Origin: Dudresnaya verticillata | Taxonomy: Eukaryota | Direction: 5' to 3' | DNA length: 64,000 bases | Assembly (NCBI GenBank): GCA_977862235.1 | Contig: OZ374558.1 | Span: forward strand, 1,302,001 to 1,366,000 | Shown here: positions 26,400 to 38,755 of the stretch, piece after piece | Layout: the number at the start of each line of letters is the position of its first letter | How positions within the stretch are numbered: the stretch's first letter is position 1 | The notes under the pieces: model-generated | The model's input: the letters and a program-made list of their open reading frames with translations, nothing else | What the model was told of the DNA's origin: nothing | Database searches by the model: none | Translations under genes and position numbers: made by a program

Positions 26400-27515
26400 T
26401 TAGTAGTACCTTTTCATTTCCGTACAGGCTTTACAGCACACGACAACCCATAACGGAGAGGGCGTTTCAGGAACGCTTCGGACGCCTTGCGGGGGAGGTG
26501 CCGAGTTTGAAGGGATGAGGAACCGGAAATAATGGACCATTTCCTGTGTGAACTTCAGTCTTCCATCAAAATAAACGTTCGTGACCATCCTGTCCGAGCT
26601 CCATTGGCCGCGCTGTACGACTACTGGAAGAGGAACCCCTGACAGGATCTGGCTTGACACCGAACCACTACGCAAGCTGTGAGATGCATAGTAACAGTGT
26701 GGTGGGGGATGAACTTGGAGATTATGTAAAAGGCGACGTAATATGTTGGTAAAATCCTGTGGGGATGGTACGGTTCCCTGATACGACCAATACTGTTCCG
26801 TCAGTGGTGTGTTCAGTTGCAAATTGAAGTAACGGAGTTGCAAGGCTAAGGCATTATTGCTGCCTTCTCCTTAACAGGTTAGAATATTTGCAGGAGCTCC
26901 CCGCACTGGTCTGCCTTTCATATTTCGAGGTCGGGCTGAGATAGTGAGTGCTGAGTTATCTGTGTCGTCTGATGGTGAACCGATCCGCATTTCCACGTCT
27001 TCGCGCAGCAGTGTTCGGGCTGAGCTCTCCCGCCAGGACATGAGGAACTGGAACTCTACTAACGCCGCTTGATATTGGATCTCGGAACCGTCCTCTTCTA
27101 GTAGTCCCAAGGTACAGATTCGATATAAAATTGAAGCCGGCAGTGCGGCACGGGTATCTTGCAGCTGACCGCATGCGTCGTCGGCCCTAGCAAATGCACG
27201 GGAAAGATCCTTATGGGCCTGTCCTGTACAGGGATCAGCCAATTGGTGTCTCTGGTGTGTAGTTCTTATTGTAGATAGATAGTGTTGTAAGGAACTTCAG
27301 TGTACCCTACCTTCCTCATAAAGATAACCGATGTAGGCCAATACTGTTCCAATGGACGCTGGAATGGATTGGTGCCCTTCTAACTCACAGAAGCGTTTGA
27401 ATTTTCCCACTGGGAGGATTTAGTAGCATCGGTACTGTGGGCGATAGAATGCCGGGATAAGTCAAGTGATGCTCGTCCAGCTGGTGTATTGGGAAGTTGA
27501 GACCTGATAGATTCC
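26400..27515 (-). pseudogene. Tyrosine recombinase of YR copy 4
   Basis: MSWRESS, NMKGR, ASHSLRSG, GQWSS, NVYFDG; interrupted by stops and a frameshift. Confidence 0.85.
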
Positions 27516-29487
27516 ATGATATACCCGCAGGCCGCACGCCGAGCTCTTCCAGAATTAGCGACCAAGCTGGGTTGGGGTGATGGGTGCTGAACAATGGCCC
27601 CTGCGATGGCTTCAGCTTGCATACCGAGAGAGTGATGCACTGTACGAGCCGCCACCAGTTCGTCCCGGGCCAGAACGGGGCGACCAAGATTCCATGTGCT
27701 TGCTCGCGCTTGATCTTCATTATGGTCGCTGAGAGCCATTGTGGAGGTGGGTTCTAGAGTCTGCTCCTCCCGTCCCCCCAACTCTCGTTGAACTGAGCGC
27801 GGATTGTCTTCATCCTGGCTGCGGGTGCGTCTCCCAACGGCCAGTACCGGCGGACCTGCTGCAACTGGAGTGATGTGGCTAGTGATCGCAAGATGGAGGG
27901 CGTAGCTCTCAGGTCGTGGGGATTCCACGTCCGACTCAGGCGGTTTGCCCATTTGTTCACTGCCGAGGCGAGCCATTCGGCCCTGATCTGAATTTTCATC
28001 CGTTCTAGAAGGTGGTGTAGCCTGCGGCGTTCGTCCATTAGTACCGGACTGGACGAAACCATGTTGGTGATAACGCTCAGGACGACCTGGTTGTCTACGT
28101 GCAGCAATATTCTTTTGTTGCATCCTGTTAGTACCGCCGATACTGCTGCGTCCTCCAGGGATTTTCTGATGGCCACTAGCTCTCGTAGGTTGATTGATTG
28201 TAATCGCCGGAACGGAGACCAAACGCCTTGCACCTCAATAGATCCTGGTGCCCCGGGTGTGAGGTATCTCCCTAAAGTGCCCCCAAAACCGACATCTGCG
28301 GCGTCGGTGTGCAGGTTCCACGAATCTCGGCCGCCGTACAGTAGGCGTCCGTCCCCCTGGTGCATTGTGCGCCAAGACCGCAAGTCCCTTAAGGATTGGT
28401 TTGACAATGACACGCGACGTCCCTTTCCAACCCCCCGTCGGGGGCGGTCTCGGAGGTCCGTATAAAGGGAGCGGGTAAAGAATCGGGCAAGGGGGACTGG
28501 AAGCAGCTGGGATACAGCTCTGCTCGTGAAGGAGACTAGGAGTGACTCGCTTACATATCGACGACCTGTCGCGCTCTGCTGTAGTAGTAGGGATGCCATT
28601 CCATGAATCGATTCCAGTTTCTGCGGTGTTATGTAGAAACGAAACGACTCGGTGTCTATTATCACTCCTAGATGTTCTATTCGCGTGGCACCGGGGCCCC
28701 ATGCCCCTTTTTCCGGATGGCGGAGCATCTCGAGCTTTGCAAAAAGGTTGTCGAGGATATGACAGATATGGCGACAGTACTCGGGCGTGCTTGGACTGTT
28801 GTCGGTCCCAGGGGCTATGAGATAGTCGTCTATCCAGACCAAGACCCTTAGTCCCATCTTCTCTCTCATGTATCTCGTTAAAGGGCTCAGCATATGGCAG
28901 AACGAGTAAGGGCTGCGCGTCCACCCGAACGGGGGGGCTATACAGCGGTAGTACTGTCCGTTGTAACGGAAAATAAACCAATCCCACATACGTGGATGTA
29001 GTCAAAAATGACGGTATCCAGACTCTCAGTCGAACGACAACAAGCGGTCTCCCCATACTAAGCAGGATGAAAACGAGCTCAGCGACTACATCTGCACGGA
29101 ACGCTTCCGCCAATGTTGACTCTGTTTTTTCAGATTGATAACGGAGCGAGGTTTCCCTTTTTGCCATGCTACAAATGCAGACGACACCAGATTGCCTTGA
29201 TTTACGCAGCGCTTGGCATATTTCCGACTGATGAGTTGATAATAGCCCAGCTGGCACCCTTGTTCGAGGTCCTTGGTTGCAAATCGAAGGTCCTCGGGTG
29301 ACGGAGGTATTTGTGGAAGGATTAAGCCCTCGGTAAATGGAATATCCGGGGGATCCCAGATGCCGTACTGTAGTAGGCGGATGATGTAAGATGTTGCTCC
29401 GATCATCTTCCACGCAAGGGATTTCTTCTGAGTGTGGAACCAACGGCCCTGTGGCCAGGACTGCATCCACGAGGAGGGCTCCACCAT
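27385..29487 (-). pseudogene. RT / RNase H / MTase-like ORF of YR copy 4
   Basis: VINLKKQS, CIAPPFGWTRSP, LVWIDDYL, LHTDAADVGFGG, INLRELVAI, HVDNQVV, then *NPPPQW..ILVAPFWP; in-frame stops at ~29000-29090 and 27754. Confidence 0.9.
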
Positions 29488-29510
29488 GATCGATGCGAGC
29501 GAATCCCTGT

Positions 29511-30110
29511 TTAGGATTCCTTGGATTTCGCGGAACTCCCTTTTGTCTCCGCGTTACCAACCTCCTGTTTAGCCAGTGATTTGGCTGTCTCGATAGTATA
29601 CTTTGCAGACAATTGCTTAAACACAGAAGAATAGATTTCAGACGGAATCTGTTCCCGTTGTGCCACCACTTTTGTCTCGAGCAAGTCAGCCAACTGTCGA
29701 GCAACTGCAGGGCCCTTCTCCAAAACAGTCTTGAAATGCGCCGCGCGCATCGCCAGCACCTCTTTGGCACCTTCCAAAGACAGGAAAACAAGTTTAAAGA
29801 GAGGTCCCTGTTTTGCAGCATCAGCCTCGACCTCAGCCAGGACAAACGCTTCGAGAGCCTGTTCGACCCAGGCGCCTGCTGAGTGGATGTACTACAGCTC
29901 TTTGCTGTTGCGGCGGTCTTTGCGGTAGTTCTCGCGGTACAAGACTGTCTCTGGTTTACAATAGCCTGTCTGATTAGGTTGTACGAACCCCGATCGGGGC
30001 CAAAGTGGTGCTCTTCCGGCGAGTTGAAGAGCACTAAGGCGATCAATAACGTCAGTGTAGTCAGTCGCCTCGGGACTGAGGAAGTGATCTGTTGGTAGAG
30101 CATTACTCAT
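29511..30110 (-). pseudogene. gag-like ORF1 of YR copy 4
   Basis: MSNALPTD..LYRENYRKDRRNSKEL*YIHSAGAWVEQAL..KGPAVARQLADLLETKV; homologous to 30750-31450. Confidence 0.7.
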
Positions 30111-30749
30111 ATTCTGAAGGTTCACACTGTAAATGACTAGCGTCTCCTTTCGACTCAGAGAACAACTCTGAAGAGAAAGGACGGAACTTACCACGGTAGA
30201 TTGGTGGCTCTAGGACTGTTATTGTCCTTATATGGAGGCCTCGAACATTCTGCGTTGGTCCTCTTCTCGTTGGCTTGAGCGCATTCATCCTGATGGCATA
30301 TCGGCATTGCTCATACGATATATATAACAGAGTATCGACGAAAGAATCGTTGATAGCTTATGATCAATAAACCGTAGAACGATCTGCATTGCTCTCTATC
30401 CTCAGTAGTACCTTTTCATTTCCGTACAGGCTTTACAGCACACAATAAAGCGCCTCTTTCCTTGACTCCAGTCCACGAATTCTGAAGATACGTAGTTTCC
30501 TTTCGCCACTTGCTGCAGGGCGTAATCCATTGTCATAGCCTGATACACCCCGGCGTCACAACCGTCCTCTAGACCCTTCGCAGCGAAATCTTTGTCGGCC
30601 GCATTCTGGGGAATCTCCGGAAGCATGACACCTTATGCAAAGGGAACATCCGGGGGATCCCAGATTCCAAAGCATAAGCAGCGTATTATGTATGCCGATG
30701 CCCCGATGGTACGCCAAGCCTCGGCATTTCTCCTTTTGAATGCCCATCT

Positions 30750-31450
30750 GGCGTGACGCCAAGAATGTGGTCGGTGTGGTTCCGTGCTGTTCATCATTTT
30801 TCGCGCCGCCCACTTTGGGCGCATCGCGATCCTTTTCTGCGGACGAGTTGCTGTTGCCTGCCTTCGCAATACTCTTGGCAGCTTCAACAACGTACATGAC
30901 AGAAAGCTCTTTATATACGGAGGCATACGTTTCGGATTGGACCTGCGCATGTTTTGCTTCAACTTTGGTTTCCACGAGTTCTGCAATCTGTCTAGCCATA
31001 GCAGGACCTTTGGTGAGCACGGCGTAAACATGGGAGGTATGCGTAGCCAATACTCCCTTGCTGGCCAAGAGATAGTCATACAGGAGCTGTAGCATCCTTC
31101 CTTGACGGCAGCGTCTCCAGAATCCTTGAATAAGTGAAATGCACAAAGAGCCTGCTCAATCCAGGTCCCCGCACTGTGGATATACTCCAATTGTTTTCCA
31201 TTTCTCCTATCCTTCCGGATAGTGTCCCGATAGAGATTTGCATCAGGCTTAAAGTAGCTCGGCTGGTACGGCTGCACGCGTTCAGCGCGAGGCCACATAA
31301 CTGAACGACAAGCAACACTGCTGGGAAGAAGATGGTCGATGACCTTGCTGTAGTCCTCCGGCCCGGCGTCCAGGATGTTCGTTGACTTGAACGGTGACTC
31401 AGCATTGTTATCAGTGGATTCAATTCACATGCGGTTAGATAAGTCCCCAC
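30750..31450 (-). pseudogene. gag-like ORF1 of YR copy 3
   Basis: LYRDTIRKDRRNGKQLEYIHSAGTWIEQAL and KGPAMARQIAELVETKV in shifted frames. Confidence 0.7.
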
Positions 31451-33378
31451 CCGGAAAGCGAGTGTAACACCTTTCGACTCTTGAGGAAGAAAGTATAGAC
31501 TTCCCGTCTCTTAGTGAGAGCGACCGGCGGTGGCTTTATATACTGTATCCACCATGTCGGGAGAGACCGCGCGTTGCACTTCGCAGATTACGTTCCCATT
31601 GCCAAGAACAATATGAACTCTGATCTCCGGCGCGCCCATGCATCTTTTGGAGTCCTTCTGATTCTGCTTGCGACAGATGGCACAGATTCGTTGACATTGA
31701 GTCCAAACTGGGAACTTAGCCTCATACTACTCGACCGGGGTTTCGGACGCTCAGCCGAGTTTGCTATTCCCCGTAGTCATAATCTTTTCATCAGCTTAAA
31801 CCATTAACACCATATGGAAAACAATCACGACGCAAGAAAAGAAGAGATAGAGGTTCTTACTCAGACTCCTCTGAAGAGTCCCCGCGCAATCAGGATGGAC
31901 ATTCTCGCCGTCATGGTGAGCTCCACAACTCTGCATCACCGCATTATCAGGAACGCCATCCGGAAGAAGGATCTAAATCTTCGATTACGAGCCGTGTGAG
32001 ACGCCGTAACCGCTCAGTCTCTCCTCGCCCAGATAAGTGTGCCAAGGATAATGTGAACCTATGCCAAGGCACTCAAGTTGTGTCGTTTGGAAATCCAGTC
32101 CAAGAGAGTGCTGCCGTTCCCGCTGTCGTGCCACCGGATAATACCGTGGGCTACCTACCAGGTCATTTTGTCGCTAATAGTACGCCGCATCTGCATGGAG
32201 GTTCATCGGCAGCCCCTACGCGTGCACCGCCGGCGTCCATTTCTGGCCCTTCTATAGACCCGGAGATGCCAGTATACTCAGGGGTGGCGTATGGTGTTCC
32301 ATATGCTGGTCTGGGACGCACTTTAGCTGCTAATGCTATCGATGTTCCGAGGTCAGGGCCGTTTTCCGCCTCCGCAGGGCCCGCCGATGGAGCATCTTTA
32401 CGCTGAGCCGCATTCGGTTCCGAAAGATGCTGAGCAAATTAAAGTTTCTGCTGGTACGCCGCTCATATCAGAACATGGCCTGGCGCATGAAGAGATCCAA
32501 GTTCTTCGTAGCTGGCCAATGATGAGAATAACTAATTAGTAGTCTGACAAGCTTGCGGGTCTCATTAGCTTCGATGAGTTTCAGTTAAGAGATTCCCTCC
32601 TCAAGGATGGAGGTATGAAATCCCATGAGAAGGAATTCGATGGACGCCAAAAGCGGACTATCCGGCGCATAGTCGCGGATGCCTCGACAAGGGCATCCAA
32701 ATTCAGAAGGACCGGTTTGATGATCAGATCAAGGAGATCATCAGGAAATACCCAGTTCTGGATCATCTTTCTCACAACTATTTTTCTATGGAACCGGCTC
32801 AATATTTCGTGGATGCTATGCTAGACAAGCGTTGTGCTGAATTCTCGAGGTGGTATGAAGAAGTGAAAGCGCTTATCGACAAGACTCGGAACGGGAAATG
32901 GAGATTGGAGGTTGCAGGCCAGGAAAGGCGCCTTAGGGGTTTTGGTATGCAACAGCACGCTGCGTTCTACAATTTCGTAAGGAAAGAGCTCGATCGAAGT
33001 CAAGATCGACGAGGCCCCGTGCTCCTCTTAAGGAAGCTGATTATTCACCAGGACATGGTGGTACGATTCATCAACGATGAGGGAACCTGTCGTGTGATTA
33101 AACCTCTTAAATCCGATTCTGCTGTGACAGCTCTGGAGAACTCCAATATTCCGCTCTATCATCCTTTCAACCGAGGGAGTGGTGGTCGTCGCGGCCGGGG
33201 TGGACACGGCGGTCTGGAGGCTGGGGATCCCCTGTTAGAGGACGCGGATGGGACGGGCGGGGTGGAGCCGGCCATAGAGGGGACAGAAATCTTGGGAACT
33301 ATCATGGAGACCAGCAAAACCAGGGCTACCACAGACATGAAGGCGGAAGGAATAGGTATCGGAACTACCGCGGCGATG

Positions 33379-33535
33379 GAGACCGCGACAACCGCGGTCC
33401 ACGTGGAGACCGATACAACCGCGGTGGAAGCCACGACTATCCTGGTGGAGACCGCGACTATCGTGGAGACCACGGCTATCGTGGTGGAGACCGCGACTAT
33501 CGTGGAGACCGCGACTATCGCGGTGACCGCGACAA
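33379..33535 (+). repeat. Coding minisatellite, 18/21-bp units GGAGACCGCGACTATCGT(GGT)
   Basis: Directly visible tandem units; read as GDRDYR(G) in the frame compatible with the preceding RGG-rich segment. Confidence 0.85.
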
Positions 33536-34599
33536 ACCCGGAGGTTAGGAGAAGTACCGCAGTCCTTGCTGGTACGGGAAGCCATCCTGCCATACTAACT
33601 CCCCATGGTCAACTGGGAGCTGTCGCTGGTAATGAAGGAGGAGAACGTTTCCGGCATGACGCATAGGATCCAATGGGTCGGACTAAAAGCTCACGCGCGG
33701 GTTGCGCAGTAATACAGGCTTCAGAAGCCGCAACGAGGCCTGGAACTCAGCTGGAGATGAACGGCGATGTTACGACACCATTTGTTGCTGCTCGTCCTCA
33801 AGTCGGAGTGAGTGGGAATGGAAATGCATCCACAGGGATATCCACTGCTGAGAAGCCTGTTGAAGCTCCCGGGGCTCATCGTTCAGAAGGCGGGAACATG
33901 AAGGCGTCTGCCCCGAATGCTGAAGATTCCACGGCTGGGAACCAGGCCATGGTTTTAAAACACAAGCTTCTATCTCTTCGGTTTGTCCCAGGCAAATAGA
34001 CCACCGCTCCGAGAGTTTTGAAGGCTGGAGAAGATTCCTCTACAAAGGAAAAGGGTGATGTCATGAAATCTGCTGATGCAAACCGCATCGCCTCAGACAT
34101 ATCTCGTGACGATGAAAGCGCTTCGAACTCAGGCCCTTCACCCACACGCCTACGCCGCAATCGCACACGTCGTGCGACAGCACGCGCCAAGTCCAAGGAT
34201 GCTGAAACTGAGAAGGGCCCTACAGTAACCCTGTAAGCCTGTGTATAGATCGCAACACCATGCGCTTGTGAGCAAATCTTGAATGAGGACTGGAATGTAC
34301 AGGGGTGTAGAGTACTGCAGTCTATGTAGGAAGATGATGTTTCTTCAGTATTAGCTACGGCTTTACCCTTCTGATTCTCGCTGAGATTGAGACAAGTCTT
34401 GAGAAGCATCCACATTCATAACTATCCTCCTCCTACGGAGTGGGTCAGATGATCCTCTGTGTCTACGTTGGATGCTACCCCTTCTCCCCCTTACCTCGTT
34501 TGGATTATGTATTTCTACTCTCTGTACCCCTTGGGAAGTGTATTCCGTAAGCATCGTAGGCCCCCGCGACCTATCAACAGATCCCATGGTGCTACGCAG

Positions 34600-37500
34600 A
34601 GGGGAGAGCCGGTCACGCATGCCTGATAACCGCGCTGAATGAAAGCAAAGAAGTCATTGCTCATGAAATCACGACGATTCTACGCTATGCTCAACATTTC
34701 CCGCACGAGACTTGTGGCCCCAGCGTATGACGCCTCATGTTCGGCTTCTATCCTGAACAGCATCTGCAGTGTAGCATTGTCCATATCAGCATCGTCTGGG
34801 CTCGGAATCTCGCCCTTCTATGCTGTAAGAACGAGGGCACGAGCTTGGCGGCTGTTGAAATGGTCGACCACAGATCTGCCAACAGTCCCCATCTCTACGC
34901 CGATGTCGTCCTTGGACTTCTTTGTATCCAGACTTCCCAAATTAGTACCCGCTGACGCCGTACATCTTCTGCTGTCCATTGCGACTTTTTCTTTTCCAAG
35001 TACGGATGGAACAGAGCTTTGGTAGGAATGAATCGACCTACGACACGGTCCAAGGACATTCCTCCCTGATGGGTGCGCAACTCGTCGAAAACGCCAGCTA
35101 CGCAGAGAAGATGCACGGGAAACCCGTGCTAGAAGACATCTTACATGTGCAGTTGTATTTTATGGAGCCCTCGGCCGTACGGAACACAATCACTTCATAC
35201 GAGATTCCGTAGTACAGCAACAGATACTGTTCTTCTAGCTGGACAAGCGCGGCAGCAAGGTCATCAGGCCCAAAATTATCTGGAAGATTCGAAACACGCC
35301 GGTGATTATGCTGCTCGTTCACATGCTCGTTTCAAACACTATTCGGAGGCGCATTGAAAGATGAGCTTGGTTCTGCCTCCTTTGTTAAGTGGTTCTCTGG
35401 CAACATCTTCAACGACTTCAGGCGAGCTCCGTACGCGATTTTGTGAGAGTCGTTGGCTTAGTCCAACTACAGTCTGAAGGTAGTAGGAACTTCTTGATTT
35501 CATGAGCGGTACAGTATAGAGAATTCGGTGACTGCCGCCGCTGACCGGTTGGCTCTCACTAGCCTCTGTTTGAATCTGTCGCTGCGCATGTTGCGGTTGG
35601 GAGACATTAGTGGGAGGGTTTGGGTCTGCCGTCGGTTCTCCCGCCCCGCGACAACTAACTTTGAAAACAGCGACCTTCTGTGAGCCAGAGAGTGAATACC
35701 CAGGCGGATACATGCAAGTATCAGACATATCCCTTACCTGCACGTATGATTCAAGCACTGTGTACCTCGAAACTTGCCTGACGCTGTGTCCATGAAACAG
35801 GTCCAGGGCATACTTCGAAAAAGCGTTACAAAAGACCTTGGTCCACTTGTATCAAGTCCTACAGTTGCAGAGAACGTTAAGGAATATGTGGGAGAGCGGG
35901 TCTTTAGCCGGTCAGTTATCCGAACGTCTCGCCGTTTCCGTGTGAGCTGACGAACGACGGAGGGAATTAGTTCCATCGGAACCTTCTTTCCATATACAAT
36001 AGAGGGATACTCAGAATTTGAGGACTCCTTGTATCCTCTACCCTGAAAAAGGAAGCACGGATCTCAGGCATGCTTGTTGAAGCATTCCATCAGAGCTGCC
36101 GCTTCTATTTGATATGGCGTGAGGTATCATCTAGGTGGACCTTGGGCACCCAAAGCAGTAAAGTATTGCCTTTCAAATTCCTCACGAAGCTATAAGAATC
36201 TTTCAACGCTGGAGACCCTCTTCATACTGAAAAGGTCCCTTGTCATGCATTGGTACAACGCGGAGACGCTTGTCTTTCTGAAGATAAGCTATGACGTTTC
36301 CCCTTTGCTTCTGGTTGACATGCCACTCATCCAGAGTAACGTACGAAGTGGGTAAAATAATGGGACAAGCAGATATACACGCGGCGCCCTGGTCCACAGC
36401 CACAATGCAGGGAACCAAGTCGAAGTAACAGTCCTTAAACTTGCGGAAAACCCATTGGAACGTCTCCACAGTTTCATCGCAGATGAAACCCATCATTGCC
36501 GTTAACATCTTTACACAACTAGTCCTGCCATTGAAAGTTATCAGATTCATAAACAACTCGTTTCATTTGTACTTGCAATCCACGGAAACACCCGGCACAG
36601 CTCCAAACTGGAAATAGTCTGCCTTTCATTCGTAGAAAGCCCATACAATAACGTGTAATCTGCCAGAGTCGCCGAAGCGAGACAGGCGGCAATATGAGTC
36701 CTTATCAGCGTTGCATATGTTAATAAGGTTCTGAACTAAACGCACGTCGGACATATCCTTCTGGTTTCCAATCATTCATTGTCTTGAGAGCTGCGTTTGA
36801 AATCGGCGGTTGTCAACTACGAAGTTATACTTGTTTTCAAGGAAGCGGACTACATCAGAGAAACGCACGAAAGCCTTATTATATATCTCATCGCCCTCGT
36901 TTGAAAACGGAGCTAAGAAGCACTGCCTTCAGCTTTGTTGAACGGAGGGGAGGTGGGAGAAAACAACGCCAGGTATCGTGAGGTTGTACTTTCTGTCCCG
37001 TTGCATAGAAGAATTCGCTCCCGGGGTCTCTGAATCATCTCGGATAACCGACGTGTTCGTCAAGTGAAACGAAAACGGGCAGTTTCCTTGTTGCAGACGA
37101 GTACATGTCTACATACACCGGTTGATTTCTTTCGCAACGTCAATGGTATCCCAATATGAACGCTTCAGTTTCATATCCAGGCCGAAGCTACTGCAGACGA
37201 ATTTGATGTCTCTTCGCACCTCTGCGGCTGGTTTTTCCGGCCTTGAAGACTCCATGAAGCTTTTCAAACATACTATAAGGTCTTCCGTAGGGCTGAAGCA
37301 CGGCTCTAAGCCCATGCGTACATCAGTGTTCAAGGCAGGCCTTGATGGAAGCCTATTTGCGGTCCGAGCCTGAGGTGGTGGTGGGATAGTCGATCCAATT
37401 GTATCGAATTCTTCCAAATTGTTGGGTTCGACGGAGACCTCGCTCGATACCTAATCTCCAAGTGAAACTGGCATTCTGTGTTCCATGAATAGTTGTACAC

Positions 37501-38424
37501 TGCCTGAAACGTCCCCAGACGACAAGCTAGGGGCAATCGGTGGTCTGGAGCTGTTCATAGCGCCTGAGACCTCTAGAACGCCAGGAACCCTTGTTACCGG
37601 TGTAACCTGTAAGCCCAGAAGCTCCCGAAGTTTGGGCGACTCATAGAAGGCTTGCAACCTTTTCTCATAAGAATGTTTCCCATTGTTAGGCCTGGCAGGG
37701 TGGTTAAGCTCGTTGTGAATGTTAAGAGAACTTGACCAGACGTCCCAACCTTCCCCATACTTGCGATGGTCGCAGGCAAAAGAGACCTCACATTTTCAGC
37801 GCTCTGTGCAGTTTCTGTGCGAAGGCCACGGAAATGAGCCTTCCAACCATGCATATTATCCTTGCATGGTTGCAAGTACGTCGTAACGAAGTAGAATCCA
37901 TCTCTTGCAAATTGCGCTGCGTAATCCGCGCAATTGTGCGTTCGTCCCAGTAGATGGAACGTACTTTTCTTCTCCAATCCCTGCTGTTCAGAGCCGTCAA
38001 CTGGTGGTTAGAGCCGGTTCGAGGCAAGCACCTGCTGACAAGTTACATTTGAAGGGCTGTGAGTATTGTTTGGGGGTTTGTCAGAAATCCTCATGTGCAC
38101 GGACTGTTCAGCGTCCTTCGTGGACCGAGCTGCAGCTGCAGCAGCTGGGTCTTTGTACACACCTTTTGCTGTTTGAATGGAACTAGAAGGGCAAGGTACA
38201 CCGCAACTTACGATATCGAGCCGAATAGGCCAGTACTGTGCAGGGAGAATTGTTTCGCGGTCGGATATCTCAAGACAGGGAGGAGTTAGTTGCCGCTCTC
38301 CCCACGGATGCGATGAATCGGCCAGCTGAGTCGGGCGTTCGTTTCGCAGACCCAGAGATTGTGCAATTTGTTCTGATCCATCGTCCTCTTCATGGTCGTC
38401 GATAATAGGTTGCATTTTCGGCAT
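34600..38424 (-). pseudogene. Mutator-like transposase (MULE domain plus SWIM zinc finger), fragmented
   Basis: MGFICDETVETFQWVFRKF..IVAVDQGAACISA..LDEWHV at 36203-36556; YEVIVF..YNCTCKMSSSTGFPC at ~35110-35210. Confidence 0.8.
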
Positions 38425-38755
38425 TAAAAGAAGATTTGATGCGAAACTGAGCGCTGGACGCGCTAAGACCGGCCTCTCTACTCATGAAAGCCATGCTGGG
38501 GTTTCATGTCGCCGGATATTGAGAGGGCAGGGCACTGTCATTATGCGTTGTTGAGTGCAGCTTGCGCCTGACGCATCTCTCTTACCGTCTGTGCCGATAG
38601 CCGAAAATCTTGATTCTTTTGCAGACAAAGTCGCGCCTGTTAGGCCAGAGGCACGGAGTCACTCCACAGTCACGGATGTCATTTAATTGAAGTCCTTCGC
38701 GAGCTATCTCTACCTCGGTACCGTTACGCGCGGGAAACAACGGGAAAATCACGAA

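Larger units (their letters stand above)
26013..30443 (-). mobile_element. YR retrotransposon copy 4 (inner), both ends present, nested in the RT of copy 3
   Basis: 271-bp direct repeats 30173-30443 and 26171-26441; 158-bp tail 26013-26170; removal restores outer RT GKRRFI|INLKKQS with no TSD. Confidence 0.92.
22929..31815 (-). mobile_element. YR retrotransposon copy 3 (outer), both ends present
   Basis: 333-bp direct repeats 31483-31815 (A1) and 23085-23417 (A2); 156-bp tail 22929-23084; gag, RT/RH/MT and YR between them; no TSD; host ORF restored on removal. Confidence 0.9.
22686..34236 (+). pseudogene. MULE accessory gene (22686-22928 joined to 31816-34236): Pro/Tyr-rich N-terminus, globular middle, RG/RD-rich repeats
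   Basis: M*QYNAHPAYPPPPG..APYAVPAS|GKQSRRKKRRDRGSYSDSSEES is in frame after removing the YR element; continues through ORFs 31996, 32333, 32788, 33673 and 34018 with stops and frameshifts. Confidence 0.55.
22186..38705. mobile_element. MULE copy 2: left TIR, accessory ORF on +, transposase on -; interrupted by nested YR elements; right end lost
   Basis: TIR-like 22186-22380; the + ORF rejoins in frame across 22929-31815; MULE and SWIM domains on the minus strand. Confidence 0.6.

Noticed and set aside
23085..31815. Conventional LTR retrotransposon interpretation of the direct repeats
   Set aside because: No TG..CA ends, PBS, TSD, protease or DDE integrase; a tyrosine recombinase is present.
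33379..33535. CRISPR-like array
   Set aside because: Head-to-tail 18/21-bp units without unique spacers, inside a coding region; no cas genes.
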